In this document: positions 59,704-64,000 of the stretch, one piece after another | How positions within the stretch are numbered: position 1 is the stretch's first letter | Layout of the letters: the number at the start of each line of letters is the position of its first letter | From: an uncultured delta proteobacterium | GTDB taxonomy: Bacteria > Myxococcota > UBA727 > VGSZ01 | Direction of reading: 5' to 3' | Assembly (NCBI GenBank): GCA_963775425.1 | Contig: CAVZJB010000016.1 | Span: 960,001 to 1,024,000 of the forward strand | DNA length: 64,000 nucleotides | Position numbers and translations under genes: made by a program | The notes under the pieces: model-generated | The model's input: only the letters and a program-made list of their open reading frames with translations | The model's database searches: none | What the model was told of the DNA's origin: nothing

Positions 59704-61163
59704 TCCGTCCCCCGGCGGCGCGCGACGACGGTGCGCGCCAGGAGGTCACCGAGGCCGCGCCGGCGCCTGTCGAGGAACACGCCCCAAAGCGGGCCGCACA
59801 AAAACGCCGCCGTGCCCACGGCGACGCCGAGGGCGCGCGCGCACACGCGCAGCAGGCCCGGGCGCGCGCCGTCCCTGAGGCGCAGCACCCGCAGCCCGCA
59901 GATGCGCTGGCCGAGGGTGCCGCCGAACAGCAACACCGACAGCCCCTGGTAGACGACGAGGCCCGCGAGGGGCGCGGCGCCGACGGCGACGGCGGCGAGC
60001 ACCGGCTGCGCGTGGATGAAGTCGACGATGGGCTGCACCGCGAGCCGCACCCCCTGCGACGTCAAGGCGCCCGCGCCCGCGCCGGCGGCGCAGGCCGCGC
60101 CAAGCAACGCGTCGACGACGGTGGAGGCCGCCCAGCGCGCACCGCCGGTGAGGTCGAGGACGACGCGCTCGGGCGGCGTGAAGCCGACGGGGGCGTCCTC
60201 GCCGGTCTCCGCCGTGGCGACGAGCGCGGGCCTCGGCGTCGGCTCGACGTCGCTGGTGCGCCCGCCGGGCCCGCCGCCGGGCGCGGCGTGCTCCCCGCCC
60301 CGGTCGTCGTCGTGCGCGCGCGCGGCGGGCCGCGCCGGCGTCGTCAGCGCGGGGCGCAGACCCGCGGGCGTGGCCTCGTCGGCGGGCGGCGCGCCGCCGA
60401 CGACGGGCGCGGACCGGACCGGGGCCTTCGCCGCCGCGGGGGCGGCAGGGCGCGACGCCGCCGCGGCGGGGACGGGCAAGGCCTCGGTGGGCGGCATCGA
60501 CGGGATCGGATCGAGCCGCGGCCCCGGCGCCGGCTGCGACGCCCGGTGCGAGCCCGGCTGCGATGCCGGCTGCGGGCCAGGCCGCGGCGCCGTCGACGAG
60601 GTGGGCGGCGGCGCCAGCGGGCGCGTCGGCTGGTCCGCGATCGGGTCGAGCGGCCTCGGCGGGCGCGCGGCCGGGTCGAGCGACGGCATGCTCACCGGCG
60701 ACGGGCGCATGGCCTTGGTGGGCGCGAGCATCTCGGCGCTCGTCTGGATGGGCGGCGGCGACGAGACGGCGACGGGCTGGGCGGGCGCCCGCGGCGCCGG
60801 CGCGCGCGCGCCTGACGACGGACCCGACGGCGGGCCTGACGACGGGCCCGACGACGGGCCTGACGACGGGGCGGAGGGGTGCCGGCGCACGACGGTGGGA
60901 TCGTCGGCGCTCACGTTGGGGTTTCGCGGGACGATGTCGATGGGTGCAGGCGCCAGCGGTCCGGGGCGCTTGAGGATGCGCGGCGGTTGTCCCGGCGCCT
61001 GCGCGGGCGCGTCGGGGACGGTGGAGGGCGAGTCGATCAGCGTGGCCGGCCCGTCGAGGACGGTGGCGGCGCCGGCGGGCCGCATCATGGGGAGCGCACG
61101 TCCGCACTCGGCGCACGTGCGCGCGCCACCCGCGTTCCTCGCGCCGCAGCTCGGACAGAACAT
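59700..61163 (-). CDS. Zn-ribbon, Pro-rich linker and RDD domain protein
   Basis: CPSC..CAEC; VVD, GGTLGQRICGLRV, RRRGLGDLLARTVV. Confidence 0.85.
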
Positions 61164-61241
61164 CGCGTGCCGGGATAGCACAAGTGTCGACGTTGGCGCG
61201 CCACCGTGACAGGGAGCGCGCGGGCCGCGCGGCGGCGCGTG

Positions 61242-61988
61242 TCAGAGCCGGCCGAGGGCGACCTGCGCCGCCGCCAGGGCGACGACGGCGGCGGTCTCCG
61301 TGCGCAGCACATGGGTGCCGAGGCGCACCGGCACGGCGCCCGCTGCGCACAGCGCGTCGACCTCGCGGGCGTCGAGGCCGCCCTCGGGGCCGACGACGAC
61401 GAGCAGGCCACCTGCTTCGAGCGCCGGCAACGACGCGGCCAGCGCCTCCGACAACGGCGCCGGCGCGTCGACGACCCCCACGACGGCGACGCCCACGAAG
61501 GTGCGCACCCGGGCGGCGAGGGTGTCGACGTCGACGGGGCCCTCCACGAGGGGCGCCGTCGCCCGGCCGGATTGGCGCGCGGCGTCGTCGGCGATGCGCT
61601 GCAGGCGGTCGCGGCGCTTGGCCGCGCGGGCCTCGTCGAGCTTCACCTGGCCGCGCGCGCACGCGACCAGGACGAACGCGGAGGCGCCGAGCTCGGTGCT
61701 CTTCTGGGCGGCCAGCTCGAGCTTCTCGGTGCGCGTGACCGCCTGCGCGACGACAAGGGGCGGGAGCGCGACGCCGGCGTCGACGACGACGGCGCCGGCG
61801 ATCCCGGCGGGGGGCTCGAGGACGCCCCGCGCGACGCGCCCGGTGCCGTCGAACAGCTCCACGGGCGCGCCCGCGGCGAGGCGCAGGACGCGAAAGAACC
61901 GGTGGGCGCAGTCGGGCGGCAGGGCCACGCGTCCGTCGACGACGGCGTCGAGCACGGCCGGGTCGACGTGGGCGCGGCGCAGCGCCAT
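61242..61988 (-). CDS. rsmE: 16S rRNA m3U1498 methyltransferase
   Basis: RVLRL, QKSTELG, AARQSGR, VGPEGG, LGTHVLRTETA. Confidence 0.95.
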   Translation of the reverse strand: MALRRAHVDPAVLDAVVDGRVALPPDCAHRFFRVLRLAAGAPVELFDGTGRVARGVLEPPAGIAGAVVVDAGVALPPLVVAQAVTRTEKLELAAQKSTELGASAFVLVACARGQVKLDEARAAKRRDRLQRIADDAARQSGRATAPLVEGPVDVDTLAARVRTFVGVAVVGVVDAPAPLSEALAASLPALEAGGLLVVVGPEGGLDAREVDALCAAGAVPVRLGTHVLRTETAAVVALAAAQVALGRL

Positions 61989-62440
61989 CAGACGCGGGAC
62001 GACGCGATCAGGTCGTCGGCCCGCCGCAGGCGACGCGAGAGCTCGCGCGCGAGGTTCATGACGAGCAGCGTGTAGCACCTGCTGTCTTTGCAGTAGCGGT
62101 CATGGATGGCTGCGTACGGCCACACCCACAGGACCGACCTCGCCAACGCGCGCACCGTGGCCGAACGCGGCTGCATGTCGATGAACGACATCTCCCCGAA
62201 CGACTCGCCGGGCCGGATGCGCCAGAGCTGGATCTCGCCGTCGCCCTTTCGCTTCACGACGTCGAGCGAGCCGCTCTCGAGGACGTACAGGCTGCGGGCG
62301 GCGTCCTCCTCGTGGAAGATCTCGGCGTCCTGCTCGATGACCAGGACCTCCGCCTGGTCGGCGAAGGCGCGCAGCGCGTCCTCGTTCAGACCGCCGAACA
62401 GCGGGAGCTTGCCGAGATCGGATGACGTCGGGCGCCGCAT
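61988..62440 (-). CDS. Stand-alone cyclic-nucleotide-binding domain protein
   Basis: LPLFGGL, LYVLESG, FGEMSFIDMQPRSATVRA; no HTH. Confidence 0.9.
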   Translation of the reverse strand: MRRPTSSDLGKLPLFGGLNEDALRAFADQAEVLVIEQDAEIFHEEDAARSLYVLESGSLDVVKRKGDGEIQLWRIRPGESFGEMSFIDMQPRSATVRALARSVLWVWPYAAIHDRYCKDSRCYTLLVMNLARELSRRLRRADDLIASSRV

Positions 62441-62461
62441 GGGATGGGATATACCGTACCT

Positions 62462-62665
62462 GTGTGGTCTCCGCTGACCCCTGCCCTGCGAGAAGAGATC
62501 CTGCGCCACCGCCTGGCCTTCACATGTGAGGACTGCGCGCACTTCGTCCCGCGGGAGGGAGCGTGCGATTTGCTCTACCCGACGGAGCCCCACCGGCGCG
62601 CCACGGTGGACAAGAAGGTCGATGGAGATCCGCTCCTGTTCTGCAAGATGTTCGAAGCTGCTTGA
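62462..62665 (+). CDS. Small 4-Cys hypothetical protein
   Basis: FTCEDCAHF..C..YP..FCKMFE. Confidence 0.7.
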   Translation: MWSPLTPALREEILRHRLAFTCEDCAHFVPREGACDLLYPTEPHRRATVDKKVDGDPLLFCKMFEAA

Positions 62666-62716
62666 CGCAGCTTTTGCGATCGTGGGAGGAAGCGCCCGAC
62701 TCCCCGGAGCAGGTGC

Positions 62717-62983
62717 ATGACGAAGTTCGGCAAGAAGTTCACGTGCTGGAAGTGCAGCACCAGGTTCTACGACTTGAACAAGCCGAACCCGAAGTGCCCC
62801 AAATGCGGCGCGGACCCCGAGGACGATCCCAACAAGGGCGTTCCCATGGCGGCCGCGCCCGCGTTCGGAGACGACGCGGCGGACGACGACGTCGAGGACA
62901 TCGCCGACGACGCTGCCGAGGAAGAAGAGCTCGAGGAAGAGGGCGCCGAGGAAGAGGCGGCCGGCGGCGAAGAGGACTTCTGA
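62717..62983 (+). CDS. FYDLN acid-domain protein (TIGR02300 family)
   Basis: [24 protein letters not shown] followed by an acidic tail. Confidence 0.92.
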   Translation: MTKFGKKFTCWKCSTRFYDLNKPNPKCPKCGADPEDDPNKGVPMAAAPAFGDDAADDDVEDIADDAAEEEELEEEGAEEEAAGGEEDF

Positions 62984-63011
62984 GCCAGCGGTTCCGAGGG
63001 AGCCGTTCCGT

Positions 63012-63247
63012 GCGACCCGCGTGAAAAACCCGGTCTGAGCGACCCGTCTGAGCGACCCGTCTGAGCGACGCGACCCGTCAGAGCGACCCGATCCCGTCTG
63101 AGGGACGCGACCCTTCACAGCGACCCGATCCGTTTGAGGGACGCGACCCGTGAGGGCGACCCGCCCGTCAGGCGATCTGTGGTGACGCGCGGTGCCCGCG
63201 GCGCCGTCAGGGCGCTCGCGCTCCGTCAGGGCGCCCGCGCTCCGTCA
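63012..63247. repeat. Degenerate intergenic repeat array (GCGACCC core; 13-bp and 19-bp units)
   Basis: GCGACCC at about 63012, 63039, 63052, 63070, 63083, 63107, 63120, 63143, 63156. Confidence 0.8.
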
Positions 63248-63289
63248 AGCGATCCACTCTGGGCGCCGCGCTCTGCTGCGAGCCAGGGG

Positions 63290-63427
63290 CTAGACCTTCA
63301 CGACCTTGAAGAGCTCTTCGCGGCTCTTGGTGCTGCCGTGGTTGGCCAGGCGGTTCTTCCGCCAACGGCCGCCGCGCTTGGCCTTGCGGTTGCGGATGAT
63401 CTCGGTCTGCTTGCACGGGGACGCCAT
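63290..63427 (-). CDS. Small highly basic protein (45 aa)
   Basis: SD GAGG, ATG 8 nt after the rlmB stop; MASPCKQTEIIRNRKAKRGGRWRKNRLANHGSTKSREELFKVVKV. Confidence 0.7.
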   Translation of the reverse strand: MASPCKQTEIIRNRKAKRGGRWRKNRLANHGSTKSREELFKVVKV

Positions 63428-63435
63428 TTCGAACC

Positions 63436-64000
63436 TCACGGCTTGGAAGTGCGCTCGGAGGTAGCAGCCGTGGCCCGTTGCCGCAAGCACTCGTACAGGA
63501 GCACCGTGGCCGCGTCGGCGGCGTTGAGGCTGGTCCCCGCGGCCGCCATGGGGATCGCCACGACGTGGTCGCAGGCCTCGCGGGTGAGCCGTCGCAGGCC
63601 GCGGTCCTCGCCCCCCACCACGAGCGCGATGCTGCCGGTGAGGTCCACGTCCCACGGCGCGGCGGAGGCGTCCGCCTCGGCGCCCACGAGCCAGGCCCCC
63701 TTGTCCTTCAACAGCTCGAGGCCGCGGCGCAGGTTCCCGACGCGCGCGACGCCGATGCGCGACAGCGCCCCCGCCGCCGCCTTGTGCGCGCTGGCGGTGC
63801 AGGCGGCGGCGCGGTCGCGGGGCACGACGACGAGGCCGGCGCCGAGCGCGAACGCGGCGCGTGCGGCGGCCCCGAGGTTTCTCGGGTCCTCGACGCCGTC
63901 GAGCACGAGGGTGAGCGGCGGCGCCTCGGCGAGATCCTCGACGTCGACGTACGGAAAGGGCCCGCAGGACAGGACCGCGCCTTGATGCACCGTGCCCTTG
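63436..64000 (-). CDS. rlmB: 23S rRNA Gm2251 methyltransferase (SpoU/TrmH), 5' end outside window
   Basis: HQG, LDGVEDPRNLGA, GGEDRGLRRL, IPM..SLN. Confidence 0.92.
   Translation of the reverse strand, partial: KGTVHQGAVLSCGPFPYVDVEDLAEAPPLTLVLDGVEDPRNLGAAARAAFALGAGLVVVPRDRAAACTASAHKAAAGALSRIGVARVGNLRRGLELLKDKGAWLVGAEADASAAPWDVDLTGSIALVVGGEDRGLRRLTREACDHVVAIPMAAAGTSLNAADAATVLLYECLRQRATAATSERTSKP

Overview
Very GC-rich chromosomal backbone, most consistent with a Myxococcota-like bacterium (inferred from Cys-rich lipoproteins, three Hanks kinases, DUF4388, MshEN/HEAT and CdnL/CarD proteins). About 60 CDSs plus RNase P RNA. No rRNA, tRNA, CRISPR array or mobile element was recognised. Recognisable loci: tldD/tldE; mreB and mreC-mreD-mrdA-rodA; ppiD-bolA-HelD-like-gpx; rnpB; a fused 2-oxoacid dehydrogenase E1; carD-ispD-like-cysS; tatA; an ECF sigma/anti-sigma module; rsmE; rlmB. 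Best candidate for a new system: a remodelled elongasome. A JAMM/JAB metalloprotease-motif gene is translationally coupled to rodA, RodA has an extra hydrophobic insert, PBP2 has an apparently duplicated head subdomain, a 19-codon mini-ORF bridges mrdA and rodA, and mreB is separated from mreC. Other notable signals: many TANNNT-N6-start (leaderless-type) promoters, a motif-permuted DHH phosphoesterase, four intact but apparently catalytically dead enzyme homologues, a Zn-ribbon insert in CysRS, an RNase P RNA lacking the L15 GGU, and a 1-nt frameshift in carD. All family calls come from motif recognition by eye; no database search was run.
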